Assembly: GCA_964016885.1 (NCBI GenBank) | Contig: OZ024747.1 | Location: 37,634,001-37,698,000 of the forward strand | Source: Eledone cirrhosa | Lineage: Eukaryota | Length of the DNA: 64,000 nt | Reading direction: 5' to 3' | In this document: positions 12,981 to 26,388 of the stretch, piece after piece | Layout of the letters: the number at the start of each line of letters is the position of its first letter | Position numbering within the stretch: the stretch's first letter is position 1 | Program-made: the position numbers and the translations under genes | Notes under the pieces: generated by a model | Told to the model about the DNA's origin: nothing | Databases searched by the model: none | What the model saw: only the letters and a program-made list of their open reading frames with translations

Positions 12981-13180
12981 TGGATTGGCAGTATCAGTAG
13001 CGAATTGGACGCCATGCTTTGCAGCAAAGAGTTGCAGCAAAGAGTTACGGCCCTTTATGATCTGAGTTCAAATCCCGACGAGGTTAACTTTGCCTTTCAT
13101 CCTTATGAGGTCGATAAAATACAGTATCAGTAATACCCTGGGATAATTACTGGCCTTGTGCCAAAAGTCGAAACAATTAA
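12981..13180 (+). mobile_element. tRNA-derived SINE, family B
   Basis: GGATTGGCAGTATCAGTAG...GAGTTCAAATCCCG...GCCTTTCATCCTT...GATAAAATA...GGCCTTGTGCCAAAAG. Other approximate copies: 15340-15525(-), 16441-16620 and 16628-16815 (tandem), 19425-19580(-), 21625-21802(-), 29092-29238(-), 31278-31392, 34380-34590, 34615-34720, 55322-55503. Confidence 0.85.
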
Positions 13181-13489
13181 TAATTAAGCGTCAAAAAATA
13201 TATTTTGCCACAAAAAAAGCCATTAAAAAATCTCCGAAGATATGATTTTGAGAATATGCAGTGGTTTCCAATAACAATTATTAATTAGGTCCTAAGGAAA
13301 ATTCCACAAATGCCGGAACTACACAGTCATCATCATCACCGTTTTACATCCATTCTCTCACACTAGAATGGGTTAGACGGGTTGTCCTATTTGGGGCAAT
13401 GCCAGGTCAGGTGACCATGTCTTGCTCATACAGAATTGATTTTGGTGATTTTTGTTGTGACACCTACACGACCACTTCACTGCCTCACA

Positions 13490-14860
13490 AAGAAGAGAGC
13501 ATCAGTGGTTTTCCTGGCACAAACCCAAACTGCATCTCATCTAGATTTACCCGGTCCCTAATCAACTGTGCTATAACTCTTTCCATTACTTTTATGATCC
13601 GGTGCATCAGCTTTATACCTCTATAGTTTCCTCTATCTAGTGCATCACCTTTACCCTTGTAGCAGTTGACAATGATGTTGCTGTGCCAATCCTTTGGTAT
13701 GTCACCTTTTAGTATTACCTGGTTAACAATACGTGTGGATAAGGTGTGACCTACCGAACTGACCTAGATGCTTTCATCATCTCGGAAGCTTTACCCGATG
13801 GACCTGTTGCCTTCCCAGTCTTCATGTCTTTAATAGCCTTACTATGCTGCTGCTGACTTGTATTGCTGGCCCCTCTATAGGGTCCACTTGAGGTAGGGTC
13901 TCTGTCTCCCATGCATTCTCCTCATTTAGTAATCTTTCATAATGGCTCTTCCACGCAGCTTTCTTCTCGGTACTCGTGAGGGCAAGCTCACCTTTATCAT
14001 TCCAGACACACTTCTCTCCAATGACATCACAATTTTCTCTAACACTCTGCCTCACAATCCTGAACAGCTCGTTTCTGGTCCACACACTATAGAACATGCT
14101 TGAATTTCCCAAGTTCCTCTAGTTCTGACAATGAGGTCGCTGACAACTAAGTTATTTTGGGAGGTACATTCCTCGCCAGGGAAGGCTTTTGTGTTTACAA
14201 CCATCCCTCTATCTCGTCCTCTGATCAGGATAAAACCTATCTGACTAGAATTCTTCCCTGATCTATAGGTGATCAGATGGTTGTCAGGTTTTTTGAAGCT
14301 TGTGTTACATATCGACATGTAATTGGCGTCACAGAATTCTAGAAGTCTGAAGCCTTCTTCATTTCTTGTGCTAAACCCATAGCATCCATGAACTCTATAG
14401 AAGCCGTCACAGTGTTCCCCAGCATGTCCGTTAAAGTTTCCTGCAATGAAAGTCATTCTCATTTATTAGGGACTAGTAAAACCTATCCTTAAGTTCATTT
14501 GGCAGCCCCGATTGGGGTGCGTAAGCTGATATGATTGTGGTAATTGTTTTATTCAGAACTAGTCTGCGTTTAATGATTCTTGCGTTCACCCTGTTCACTG
14601 AGATTACCTTATCTACCCATTTGTCAGCTAATAGTATACCTATACCACCCAACCTGTTGTCATTTCCTACCCAGAAAAAATTGTAGCAGATTTTTGCCTA
14701 CAAGGACTCTAGCGGATCTCCTCTCCATCTAGTCTCTTGCATATGGCATACATCAATTTCCTTTTGCTCTAACATCTCTATGATTTCTCCTACTCTTCCT
14801 TTCATTGTGCTTACGTTGATGGTGCCAACTCTGAGTTTTGGGCATGTGCCATCACTCATG
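13490..14860 (-). mobile_element. RTE LINE fragment (APE to start of RT)
   Basis: GTINVSTMKGR...QETRW, RNEEGFRLLEFC, AAWKSHYERLLNEEN, QFGFVPGK; frameshifted and deleted. Confidence 0.88.
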
Positions 14861-15589
14861 GGAAGGGGTGAATTTTTGCGGGGGAGTGTGTATGCTTTCT
14901 GTATCTGAATTAAAGCTTCACATGGGTGCTTGGTAACTTGTGGATTCATATTCATTTATCAATTCAGGGTTGTTCCATTTATCCTCAGCTAATCCATAGA
15001 TAACGGTAAAAGAATTCTTTGGTGTAGGGCTAAAAGGACAGTAGTAGTAATGGCAAAGTTTGTTGGCGCTGGTAATGGGTGAGGATATGTTGCTGTGGTC
15101 TGATTGGTCAAAAAGCCTATGGTGGTGAGTGGGGGTGGGCAGGAGGGAAATAGGCTGGTACAAGTAGGCATATTAGACAAGGCGAATCTGCAAGAATTTC
15201 GATGATGGTCACAGACTAAATGATAGATTGATTGGGATAAGTTCGTAGAGAGTTGGAGAGAGAGAGGGGGAGAATGTCCAGCATGGTTTATTTCCAAAAA
15301 AGCCAAAATATATCTTGGGGAAATAAACGAATAATAATAATAATTGTTTCTACGTTTGGCACAAGGCCAGCAATTACCCAGTGCATTACTGCTACTTTAT
15401 TTTATCGACCCCGTAAGGATGAAAGGCAAAGTTAACCTCGCCGGGATTTGAACTCAGAATGGCAAGGGCTGTAACTCTATGTGTCAAAGCATGGCATCCG
15501 ACCCTCTACCGATACTGCCATCCACAATAATAATAATAATGTATACAGAACATTTTCAAATTGTGAAAGAAAAATACGTGTAGAGTCGA

Positions 15590-15725
15590 AGTTCAGCTGA
15601 AAAGTTCATAGGCCAACTATGAATAAGTGATGCCAGAGCTGTAAAAATGTTGAAAAATAAATCTCATTTGGTTATTCTATGAGAGTATCTTGGTCAGCCT
15701 ATGAACTTTTCAGCTGACACTTGTA
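15590..15725. mobile_element. Mariner-type MITE
   Basis: TIR pair TCAGCTGAAAAGTTCATAGGC / GCCTATGAACTTTTCAGCTGA ending in TA. Related ends at ~28349 and ~28955. Confidence 0.7.
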
Positions 15726-17381
15726 GTTCATGTGCATATCTTTCCTTTATAGGGTGTCTTTCTAGTACAAGTTAAGCCCATTGCAGACTTTGTATATAAG
15801 ACTGCAAGTTGGTAAAATATATGTTAATTATATAGTGCCAATGTTTTTACAACAGTAAACTATATAATAAAAGACTAAGTTTCAAAAAACCAATACAAAT
15901 CAATAGAAATATATAAAGAGCATGGATGACAAATAAAACAAAACAAAGTAATGTTTTACCCTGTATATTTGAAAGTTATCAGTCTTTTATTACATATCTT
16001 ACAATGCTGCATATTAACTATACTAGTGAATTATATCTTTTTTCTACATGTATTTTCACAGCTAAGAGAGCTGGGTCAAAGATCAAAGAATGCTGGTGAT
16101 TTCAATATGTCAGTCTAGATTACATAATCAATAAGCTTGTCTTACAGAGACACACATTATAAACCATTTTATTTAATCACTTCTGCTGACTCTGATATGT
16201 TTAAGTCCTAAATATTAAGACAGCATGACTCAATAAATATAGAGAGGTCACACTTGTAATGTTGATCTTATGAATCTTTAATGTTATCTTGATGTCAGAA
16301 GTCTGATTATGTACACTTGATTAGGGTTCAACAACAACAAAAAATTAACCTTAATAATTGAAGCTACAATTGCTATTTCTCTCTCAACTTCTTTTCCTTC
16401 CTGTAGTAATGTTTCATGAAATTCTATCGAAATTTGACAGTGGATTGGCAGTATCAGTAGAGCATCAGAGGCCATGCTTTGCAGCACAGAATTATGGCCC
16501 TTTATGTTCTATTCAAATCCCTCCGTGGTTAGCTTTGCCTTTTATCCTTACGAGGTCGATAAAATAAAGCACCAGTAATACACTGGGGTAATTTCTGGCC
16601 TTGTGCAAAAAGTAGAAACATTTAATGGGTGGATTGGCAGTATCAGTAGAGCGTTTGAGGCCATGCTTTGTAGCATAGAGTTACGGCCCTTTACGGTCTG
16701 AGTTCAAATCCCGCTGAGGTTAACTTTGCTTTTATCCTTACAGGGTTGATAAAATGAAGTACCAGTAACATACTGTGATAATTGCTGGCCTTCTGCCAAA
16801 AGTAGAAACAATTATTCATATAGTCATTTTAACTATATAAACATGAATATCATCATTTTTATGTGCACTTTTCCATGCTGGCAGAATTGGACAGGATATT
16901 TTGAGACAATGTTTTCCAGTTGGATGCATTTCCTAACACCAACCCTTTTATGTAGTGCAAACAGGCACACACAAACACATGCATATACACTTAAAAACAC
17001 ATACACACAAACACATATGCACACCTCCATATTACCTCTTTAGCCACTGACTGTAGTTTATGAAACAATGTCCTGATATGTAATCAAAACTGGGTTGTTA
17101 CGTAACTATCATTACAGTACCTTACTGTCGGTGGCTGAAGAAGTGAACATCATCCACCATTGCCTGAGTCTCTTATCTTTTCTTATACACATTTTGCTAT
17201 CTTTCCTTGTTTAAAAATGTATGCAAATTTGGTCTCTCTCTCTCTCATATGTATATGTATGTATATATATATGTATATATATATATATATGTATGTAAAA
17301 GGTAAACAGAAATAACAACACAATCGGTACAGTATATGGAAGGGATATATTAGGTTAACGCTTGATATAGCAAGAAGAGGG

Positions 17382-17417
17382 TCTTAACGTTTCGGACGCT
17401 AGTCCTTCATCAGAAGA
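17382..17417 (-). ncRNA. Minimal type I hammerhead ribozyme motif
   Basis: UCUU-CUGAUGA-A-GGAC(UAGC)GUCC-GAAAC-GUU|AAGA with palindromic stem III (AACGUU). Degenerate homologue at ~56078-56110. Confidence 0.8.
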
Positions 17418-17699
17418 AAGAATGAGAAATAAAATAGATTAAGGGGACGGGTGGGATGGAATTGGAAATCCCTGTTATAAACATGTGAAACTCCAGAGAA
17501 ACAAGACTCACTTTTTAGTCTTAATATATATATAGTTATTAGGTGTGTACTGTTAGTGGTACACCAGTTTGGGCACTCAATGCTATTACAAAGATCTAGT
17601 TATTGTGGTGGGTTTTAACACCCTTATTGCCAATGGCTATCAGTGGCTGTAACATGCAGAGTATTAATAATAAATAAGCTTGAACAGAGTATCAAGATG

Positions 17700-18215
17700 G
17701 CATCTTATACACGTTTTATTCACGCATGACATGTGTTTCATTATTGATCAGCTGAAGGGAGTGGTCCTGTGTGAATAAAATATGTAAAAGATGCAATCTT
17801 GGTACTTTGGTCCAGCCTGCTTACTAAAGGACCACCAGATAACAGATTGTGAATCTTTGGCAAAGGCCTTCTGCAAATCAACAAAAGCTAGACATAGTGG
17901 CTTACACTTGGTTAGGAATTATTCTAGGAAGTGATCATCTGTGGTTCTCCTTCCTGGCATGAAATCAAACTGCACCTCAACTAATTTGCCTCTATTCCTA
18001 ATTAGTTTGGCTATCACTTTCTTCATTTCATCCATCAGTTTTATGCTTTTGTAGTTTCTCCTTTCTCTTGTAGCCTTTAATGATTATACTGCTATGCCAG
18101 TCATTAGGTACAACATCATCAGATATTAACTGACTTAATATATGGGTGATTAGCTCAACTCCTATTTCATTAGATAATTTCAACTCAGTGACTATTCTGA
18201 TGGTGCTGCAGCTTT
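17700..18215 (-). mobile_element. Old RTE RT fragment
   Basis: Degenerate QFDFMPGRRTTD and LAFVDLQKAF motifs on the minus strand. Confidence 0.65.
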
Positions 18216-18397
18216 ATACATATATATATATTGTCTCTGTGTGTGCATGTATGTGTCTAGGTTCCAGAACTTAGCAGTTTTTTTCTGCATCCCTCAGAGT
18301 TCATAAAATCAACTAAATCTGTTCAAGGTAACACTTCAGCATGGCTGCAGTCTACGGACAGAAACCAGTAAAACAATAAAAGAATATAGATCCTTAC

Positions 18398-18499
18398 ATT
18401 TATCTTGTCATTACTTTGTATAGTTTCTGCTTTTATATTAGATAATTTCCTTGTGCAGTTCACATATGATGAATATCCAGTCTTCTCAATTGTAGAACA
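18398..18499 (-). CDS. AADAC/NCEH1-like esterase, coding exon 2
   Basis: ttttcttattacag acceptor, 102 nt open (CSTIEKTGYSSYVNCTRKLSNIKAETIQSNDKIN), gtaagg donor. Phase 0-0 joins exons 1 and 3 in frame. Confidence 0.8.
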
Positions 18500-18574
18500 C
18501 TGTAATAAGAAAATAAGAAAAGTTATTTAAAGACAATGAAAATAAGGATGATAGGAATAATATTTTATAATAAT

Positions 18575-18810
18575 TTCTAACACAGACAAGTTCAAACATT
18601 TTTATAGAAGAATATAGACTTCTTCTCTTTACCCATTTATTCCTGAGAGGGTTGTGAGGAGACTCCTCAAACACTCCTTCCAGCGAGTCCTATTAGAAGC
18701 AACCATCTCCAACTGATCTGGCTGGATCCTCAAGTGGGACCAGCTAAGCTCATGGATGTTATCCAAACATCTTGCTCGGAGTCTACTCTTGGGTCTCCTG
18801 CCGGTTGTTG
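18575..18810 (-). mobile_element. LINE 3' end fragment
   Basis: GRRPKSR...LDNIHELSWSHLRI...ASNRTRW. Homologous plus-strand copy at ~26870-27165. Confidence 0.6.
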
Positions 18811-20752
18811 ATAGGAAGGGCATTCAGACATAGAAAAATTGCCAAACTCAAGAGGACTCATTAGTTGTGTTAAAGAAATGAAAAACCTTTCTAGTGCTGG
18901 TACCACAATAAAATACACCCTGTAAAGTTTGAGTACGTATGTGAGATCAGCCCCTAGCTTGCCTCAGCGATAAATGGCTCTGATTAATTACTTGATCTAT
19001 GATGACCCATCCAACCCTTGCTCGTGGGGAAACATATTAAATGATGATAATGATGATAATACTATGCATAAGCCATATATAAATAAAACTGTATATTTAA
19101 CTCTTAACATCCTCTAATGATTGAGCAGAAAGTCTCTAATAATTTGTCTATTCAAATGTTTATAGTATCTTTACCAGTGGACAGATAATTGTGTAAACTA
19201 GCAGTATTGCAGGAAAAATTTAAATTTTCAATTTGATCTAATCATTTGTACTAAGAATCATATTCCACGTGTTGTTAATTTCCTCCCCACCCCAATAATT
19301 CCTTGTAGGGTTGTAGAGGCACCCCAATAATTGCTTGTAGGGTTGTAGAGGCACCACCATACGGTGTTTAGGGCACTTTTAAACCAGGTCTGAACACAGC
19401 CGATTTTTTCTATCGAGGAAGAATCAACCCCAGTACTTGACTGGTACTTTTTTTATTAACCTCGAAAGGATGAAAGGCAAAGTTGACCATGGTGGGATTT
19501 GAACTCAGCCCACAATGAGGTGAGGCAAATACCATAAAGCATTTTATCCGATGTCTTAATGACTCTGCCATTTTGCCGCCTTGTTGTTAATTATATAACT
19601 TAAAAAAGTGCACTAAACTATGACATAAAAAATTAATTAAGCTAAAGACTTCACAAACATCACCAAAAGTCAAATATTTCTATCTGCTATTAATTAATCA
19701 ATTAATTCATTGATATTCAGTTTTGAGTGACTGTTTATTAGCTACTTTTTAAAGAAAAGTATCAGGGAAAGGTTATAAAAGAAAGTTAATAAAATTTGAT
19801 AAAATTCATTAACACATGTTCTCCAATGTGCAAATGAAAGTAAACAACAGAAGATTCATTAGGAAATTTTTTCTTCATTACATTAGAGTTTCTTACTTCA
19901 TTTAATGTAATTCCTATTCTCTTATTGATGCAGTGCAGTGCAAAATTTTGAGTTGAATGGGAATGCATAATTTATCATCATCGTTATTTAACATTTGTTT
20001 ACTCTGCTATTAAAGGCTGCGTGGGCTGTAACAGACTGAGTCAGAACTGAAGCAGAGCTACTGAACTTTCAGACAGGGCTAAGGATCTGCATCTCACTTA
20101 AATTAAACACATTTCTGAACTCTATTGAGTGCATTTTATCATAGTATCAGCACTAGAAATAATGTTACGCTTTAGATACAGTTAAAGAGTACTTAGCTTT
20201 CTACAACTGAATGACCTTCCTATCACCAACCACTTTACAGAATATACTGGTTATATTTAGTATATAGTAACTGTGAAGGTTGTCACATCTTTGATACAAC
20301 TGAAGCGTCCTCTAGTTTATTTTCATACCTAATTAATACCAATATTGATATATTTCTTCTTCTATAAAAAAAAAAAAAAAAATCCCAACTATTTAAAATT
20401 ACTTTTTGAAAGAAATATGAATTATAGTGAAAATATTTGTAAATATAGAGTATTGTTCAATGTTGTGCAAAATAACTCTACTCTTATATAATAACTACCA
20501 CCACAACACTTAACTTCTCCATTTGTAGTAATGAATTAATTCTATTAGCAGAAAATAAATATTTGTGTTTCATCACACCAAAGTTCATTTTTTTATTAAT
20601 TTATTCTTAATGCATTAAATAAGCTCCAATGGATGACAATAATAAATCCATTTTTTTTGTATTCTGCTAAATCTTTCTATATATTATGATATATTTTAGA
20701 CAAAGAATAATAATATATTCATAAAAAATGTATATAACTATCAGATATTCAC

Positions 20753-20874
20753 AATAAAGCACTGTACTTTAAAGGTTCAACTACTGAATTAGGCAATGGT
20801 TCATATAGCCAGCCATTAGATAAGAGAGTAGTGTTGTTAACTGTACTACTACTAATATTTCTATGATATTTCAT
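20753..20874 (-). pseudogene. Decayed duplicate of esterase exon 1
   Basis: Encodes IIEILVVVQLTTLLSY / WLYEPLPNSVVEP / FKVQCFI in different frames, with an ~8-nt insertion and 28-nt deletion relative to 22121-22264. The donor flank (gtgaatatctgat) resembles the real one (gtaagtatctgat). Confidence 0.75.
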
Positions 20875-21130
20875 TGCACATATAAAGTTATTAGTTTCAT
20901 ACAATGGCGACCATGTTTTGTATCATTTTCATGATTTTCAGCAGTCTTTTACCTAAACTTGGCCAACCAATATTCAGTTCACTTAAAACTAAAGACTAAT
21001 TTCATGCCATCTGAAATTTGGCTGGGAAAATCACACTAGCTATAAAAGTAGCCAACAAAGAATCGCAGTGAGCATTACATCATACAGGCTCCTATGTATT
21101 ACGAATGTCATTTTTTTGTTTCCTGTTTAT

Positions 21131-21610
21131 ACAGTGGGTGGAAAGAAACTCCCTATATAAAATTGTTAATAATTTGGTTCAATGTTGGTTGATTTTCATA
21201 AAACATTTCATTTGGAACAGTATAATGGTAGACATACACTACAGCATTTAAATTTTGCATAGGCACTGATGTTGTCCACCAGTGTTTGTAATTGTCTGGG
21301 TAGATCCTCGACTGACTTCATCAGGAACTCAGGTTATATATTGGTCAGTACATGAATTGAGCCAGAGTTTTTGGTTTGAGCTATAAAATTCTTCCTTGGC
21401 TCACCCCCACATGAATCAAAAATCCAACAGGGCTTCTTGCTGGTCATTGATACGGAGCTTGATGACCCAGCCAATGTTTTTGAAATTGGATATCAAGCCA
21501 CTCACGGACAGTGTATTTAAAATGAGAAGGGGCCCATCTTGCATGAAAATGGAGTCATTGATGTCCCAAATGGTCACACTAGACCAATAGGGAGTTTCTT
21601 TCCACCCATC
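21131..21610 (-). mobile_element. Tc1/mariner-superfamily transposase fossil
   Basis: Minus strand gives IFMQDG, VREWLD, PARSP and FMWG, matching the QDGAPxH...WPxRSPDL...FFLWG region. Terminus TA-CAGTG. Confidence 0.7.
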
Positions 21611-22120
21611 TTGTATAGATATAATTTTCTACTTTTGGCACAAGGCTATCAATTACCCAGTGTATTACTGGTACTTTATTTTATCGACCCCGTAAGGATG
21701 AAAGGCGAAGTTAACCTCGGCGTGATATGAACTCAGACCATAAAGGGACGTAACTATGCTGGAAAGCATGGTGTCTGACCCTCTACTGATACTGCCAATC
21801 CACATAGTGTAATTTGGTAAAGGATATCCAAAGTTAGAAGAGAATATAGTGGATGGGACAAGTTAAGGTATACAGATATTTATTACACAACATATGCTGT
21901 CATTGGGTGCTTCTTTAGGATTATTAGTATCCTTGTTTATGAAATATTTGAAAGAAGCACATAATGAAACATGTCTACCTAAATGACAACATAGGAAACA
22001 GAATTTGGAATCAAAAGGTCTGAGTAAACTTAGCCATATATATACATATAATATGATATATCTTAGACAACGGATAATATTATATTGATAAAAATTAATA
22101 TATAATTATCAGATACTTAC

Positions 22121-22264
22121 AAAAAGGTCCTGTACTTTAAATGCAGCTATTACTGTACGCAACTTCCAAGGTTCTTCTATAGAATCAGGCAAAGGCTCAT
22201 ATAACCAGTAGGAGATCAAGACTGTTGCAACAGCTAGAATAACACTAATGTGTTTCAGGATCAT
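22121..22264 (-). CDS. AADAC/NCEH1-like esterase, coding exon 1 (signal-anchor)
   Basis: ATG at 22264. Translates MILKHISVILAVATVLISYWLYEPLPDSIEEPWKLRTVIAAFKVQDLF, followed by a GTAAGT donor (phase 0). A hydrophobic anchor plus YxPLPxxIEEPWK matches the AADAC/NCEH1 N-terminus. Confidence 0.9.
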
Positions 22265-24046
22265 GTTGCATCTAATATTTTTCAAATGTTATAATTCTGT
22301 AAAAAATATAAACGAAGGACATTATGTTCTAAATACCAACTTAGAAATGAGAGGGTCAGTTACATTGACATTTTTACACATTCTTGAATACTTTGGCAAG
22401 GTTTTTTCTGGCTGGATGCCCTTCCTATCAGCAATCACTTTACAGCATTAACAGGGTGAATTATTCATGCCAACAGCACTTGAGAGGTTGTCTTACTGTA
22501 ACAGTTCTTATTTGGAATATTTACTCTCCTAGATGGGTTGCCTTGCCTACAGTTCAGAGCCCACACCTACCCCGTGCAGTCGTTTTTAACAATGAAAAGT
22601 GAGAGAAATAAATGAATAGCTATCATAACAAACAAATGATGATGATGATAGGCTGTCACAGAACATCAACACTGATGTATTATTTAGCTGCTTGATAAAA
22701 TTTTGTTTCCTTTTTGTATAAACAGCTTTACAAAGTTCGTCATTAATGGTGGTGGCTTGTCATACCGATGTATCAGGTTGTAACTGCAAAGGTGTTTAGT
22801 TATTGTATCTAAAATTTTCCAAATTCTTATTGTTAAAATTATTTGAAAACCAGGCAGTGTCTTTCATTAAAGACATGGTAATGAAAAAGTAAAAATCCTA
22901 ACCCACCAAACCCTCAATGAATAACCAATTATTATTGATTTATTAAGCTACTTACCATATATACTTGAATAAAAGCTGATCCCCACTATTTTATGTCTGA
23001 GAAATAAGCAAACATCCAAATCCTGTTTATAAACCAAGGCAGCTAATCAACAATGTTTAGATGGCATGTAGTATAAGCCAATATAGGATTTTACCATTGA
23101 TTTTTTGGTCAAATATTCCTCTGCTCATATTCGAGTATATTGGGTAGGTTCAATTTTTCAACAATGGTACCATACTGAACTGAAATTAGTGCTATACTTT
23201 AATGATTAGGCTATAAATGTTATATATACTGTTTATTGTATTTTACACCATAGTTCTCTATTACTAACAGAAACTTCATACTATAATTTCCTGTCTGGTC
23301 TCATATGTACTCAATCATTCCTGACTTTGATATTTCTCCTTTCGTTTAAAACTTTTCATCAGTTTTACAACTATAAGGTCTTTTACAATTGAATGAAGTA
23401 TTGGAAGTATAATTCTTTATCATAAGGTATAACTATGGTGGCTGTTAGTTCAATTTCTACTTTATCTCAGAGTGAATATGAAATTGTATATGATGGCCTG
23501 AATGAGATTTGAAATTTGTCAGGATTTTATTCTTTAGGTATCAGATATATTTCTTTATATAGGTCATCATCATTATCATCATTTTTATGTCTGTTTTCCA
23601 TGTTTTCATGGGCTGCATGGGTCCTTTGCAGCACAGTATCTCTCCACTTGCTGCATTCCTACATCATTGCCTTTGTGAGTCTCAGCAATTTGAGATCAGC
23701 TGTTTCTTGATCTATCTCTACTGTAGTTTCCTTCCACTGGGATTTCCTATTTCTTTATATGCTGACTCACTCGTGTAGATCATTTCACCAAATGTAGATA
23801 TTCCATAATCTGTTATTTAACAATATATGTGGAGAGACACAGACTCCTGTTGCTGTAAGATTTGGATACTTGTTATTCTAAACACCTACTTCAATTCTTT
23901 GCTTTAGCATGTCAAGGAATCGCATTTGATTATTACATTCCTGCTCTGCCCAAAACTTCCAACTGGGGTCACAATGTCTAAGTAAGAGATCTCTGCTTGT
24001 GGTGGTATCAAATATAAAGTACAGACCTACCAACCTCTAAAAACCC

Positions 24047-24337
24047 AAACCAATAACATTGATCATTACTTTTAGTAAACAGTTGACTGATTTGGAAGAA
24101 TTATATTGAAAAATAGTGCTCCAAAACAGGGAGAGATGAGGCAAGATGGGGAGATTTTACATAATGAAAGCTATACCCATTTTCACAAGAGAAGACATCA
24201 CTCACTCACTCTAAAAGTGGCTGGGAGATCTCCCCACCAGATGGGGAGAGTTGACAGGTCTGAAAGTATCAATTTAACCATAACTTTTCCAATTCAGTCA
24301 ACTGTTTTCTAAAGGTAATGATCAATGTTATTGGTTT
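24047..24337. repeat. Short element with ~50-bp inverted ends
   Basis: 24047-24097 versus ~24286-24337 are inverted. The interior is homologous to 55705-55800 (reverse). Confidence 0.7.
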
Positions 24338-24829
24338 ATTAACCATATAAGTTTATTTTGTCAATTTGCTATGAAATTAATTAACTTTTCAAACTTCATC
24401 TATATCATTTTATGGTAAAGTTCCTGTTATTTATTTCATAGCAAATTGCTTGACATTTTATAATTAGAGAATATTGATTAGTTTTACCAATATTAAAAAA
24501 GAATGCACGAGTTCACTTATTGTTTAAAGAGATTTTTTTGTAAATTACCCTCTAACTTTTTATACCATGCTTATTATTTAAAAAGTCAAATGACTTATGT
24601 TTTGAACATGGAAATTTAGAACTTCAAATTATACAAATATCTATAAATAAATAAATATACCTACCTACATCTCTCTCTCTTATATGTGTGTGTGTGTGTG
24701 TGTATATATACATATATATATATAAACATTTATTAAATATATATTTTTCAAATCAGAAACTGATCAGGACTCGGGGATTTACATCTGCAGTACTTTTGGT
24801 TTTTGTATATGGATATATTTCATTTGGAG

Positions 24830-26388
24830 TCATCATCATCATCACCGTTTTACGTCCGTTCTTCCACGCTAGCATGGGTTAGACGGGTTGTCCTGTTGTG
24901 GGCAGTGTCTGGTCGGCTGACCATGCCTTGCTCATACAGGAACTGATCTGGCTTGATTTCTACAGCTGGATGCCCTTCCTAACACCAACCTCATTTACAG
25001 TGAGTGCTGGGTGCTTGTTTCCGTTTGCTTTTTCGTGGCGCCTACACGTCCACTTTACAGTGTGGGCTGGGTGCTTTTTTGCCGTGACACCTCCACGACC
25101 ACCTTGCAGTGGGGTGTGTGGGAACATATTGTCTATATGCTTCAGCTTGTACCCATGGGAGGTCGGGTACTCTGTATTACTGTGTGATGCCAGAAGTCAC
25201 GGTCGTGTGTCATTGCCTTTGAGAGGTGTAATTGCGTAAGGTCGGCTTTTATCACCTCATCCCAGGTCATCTTGGGTCTCCCCACTCCGCGGTTTCCATC
25301 AACTTCTAGTGCTCTGCACCTTTTTATGCAGCTGTCATCCTTCATACGCATCACATGTCCATACCAATGCAACCGCCTCTCCTGCACACAGCATTTGATT
25401 CCTCTTATGCTCAGTCTCTCTCTCAATTCATTTATGCTTTGTCGTTCACGTATATTACTGTTACACATCCATCGGAGCATGCAGGCTTCGTTTCTCTCTA
25501 ATCTACGTAAGTCTTCCACCTTCAGTGCCCAGGTCTCACTACCATGCAACATTGCTGTTCGGATACACGCATCATACAGTCTGCCTTTCATTCTGAGGGA
25601 GAAGCCTTTTGCAGCTAGCAGTGGTAGTAGTTCCCTAAACTTCTTCCATCCCGTTCTTACCCTAGTTATTGTACTTTCTGAACACCCACCTCCGCTGCTA
25701 ATTCGGTCACCTAGGTAGCAGAAGCTGTCTACTGTTTCTACAGAGCCCTCCCAGAGATTGGTGGTACTTGTTTCCTGTGGCTGTTTGCTGCTTGCTGTCT
25801 CAGCACAGTTGCTGCATGTGAAGCCTACATTCTTAATTAAGCTTCCTGAGATCCCGCTACATCTCTTGTGTACCCATTGTTTGCATTTGGGGCAGAGAAT
25901 GGAGTTCCTACCTACACCTTTCCTACATACTGAGCAAGGCCATTTCCCTGAGGGGATCTGGGTTCTGTTTTCTCGTCTACTTACAAGGACCTTAGTCTTT
26001 GTCATGTTGACTTTGAGACCCTTTCTTTCTAGTCCCTGCTTCCAAGTTTGGAATTTATTCTCTAGTTCTACCATAGATTCAGCTATGAGTGCGAGGTCAT
26101 CAGCATACAGGAGTTCCCATGTGCATCTGGTCTTAAACTCCTCCGTTATTGCCTGCAGGACTATGATGAACAGGAGGGGCTAAGAACAGAGCCCTGGTGG
26201 ACCCCAACCACTACGCTAAATTCCTCGCTATACTCATTGCTAATCCTAACTTTGCTGACTGCTCCCCTATACATGGCTTGTACCGCTTTCACAAGCCATT
26301 CATCTACTCCTAGTTTTCTAAGAGCCCACCAGATTACAGCACGTGGAACTCTGTCAAAGGCTTTGTCAAGGTCGACAAATGCTAAGTG
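24830..26388 (-). mobile_element. RTE LINE 3' portion
   Basis: FVDLDKAFDRVP, VGVHQGSVLSP, YADDL, WPCSVC...CPKC..WVHKRC finger, LHWYGHVMRM, and a (GAT)n tail near 24830. Confidence 0.92.

Noticed and set aside
19786-19968. ORF containing VVYFH, resembling esterase exon 3
   Set aside because: Only five residues match, with no GG motif or convincing splice sites; likely chance.
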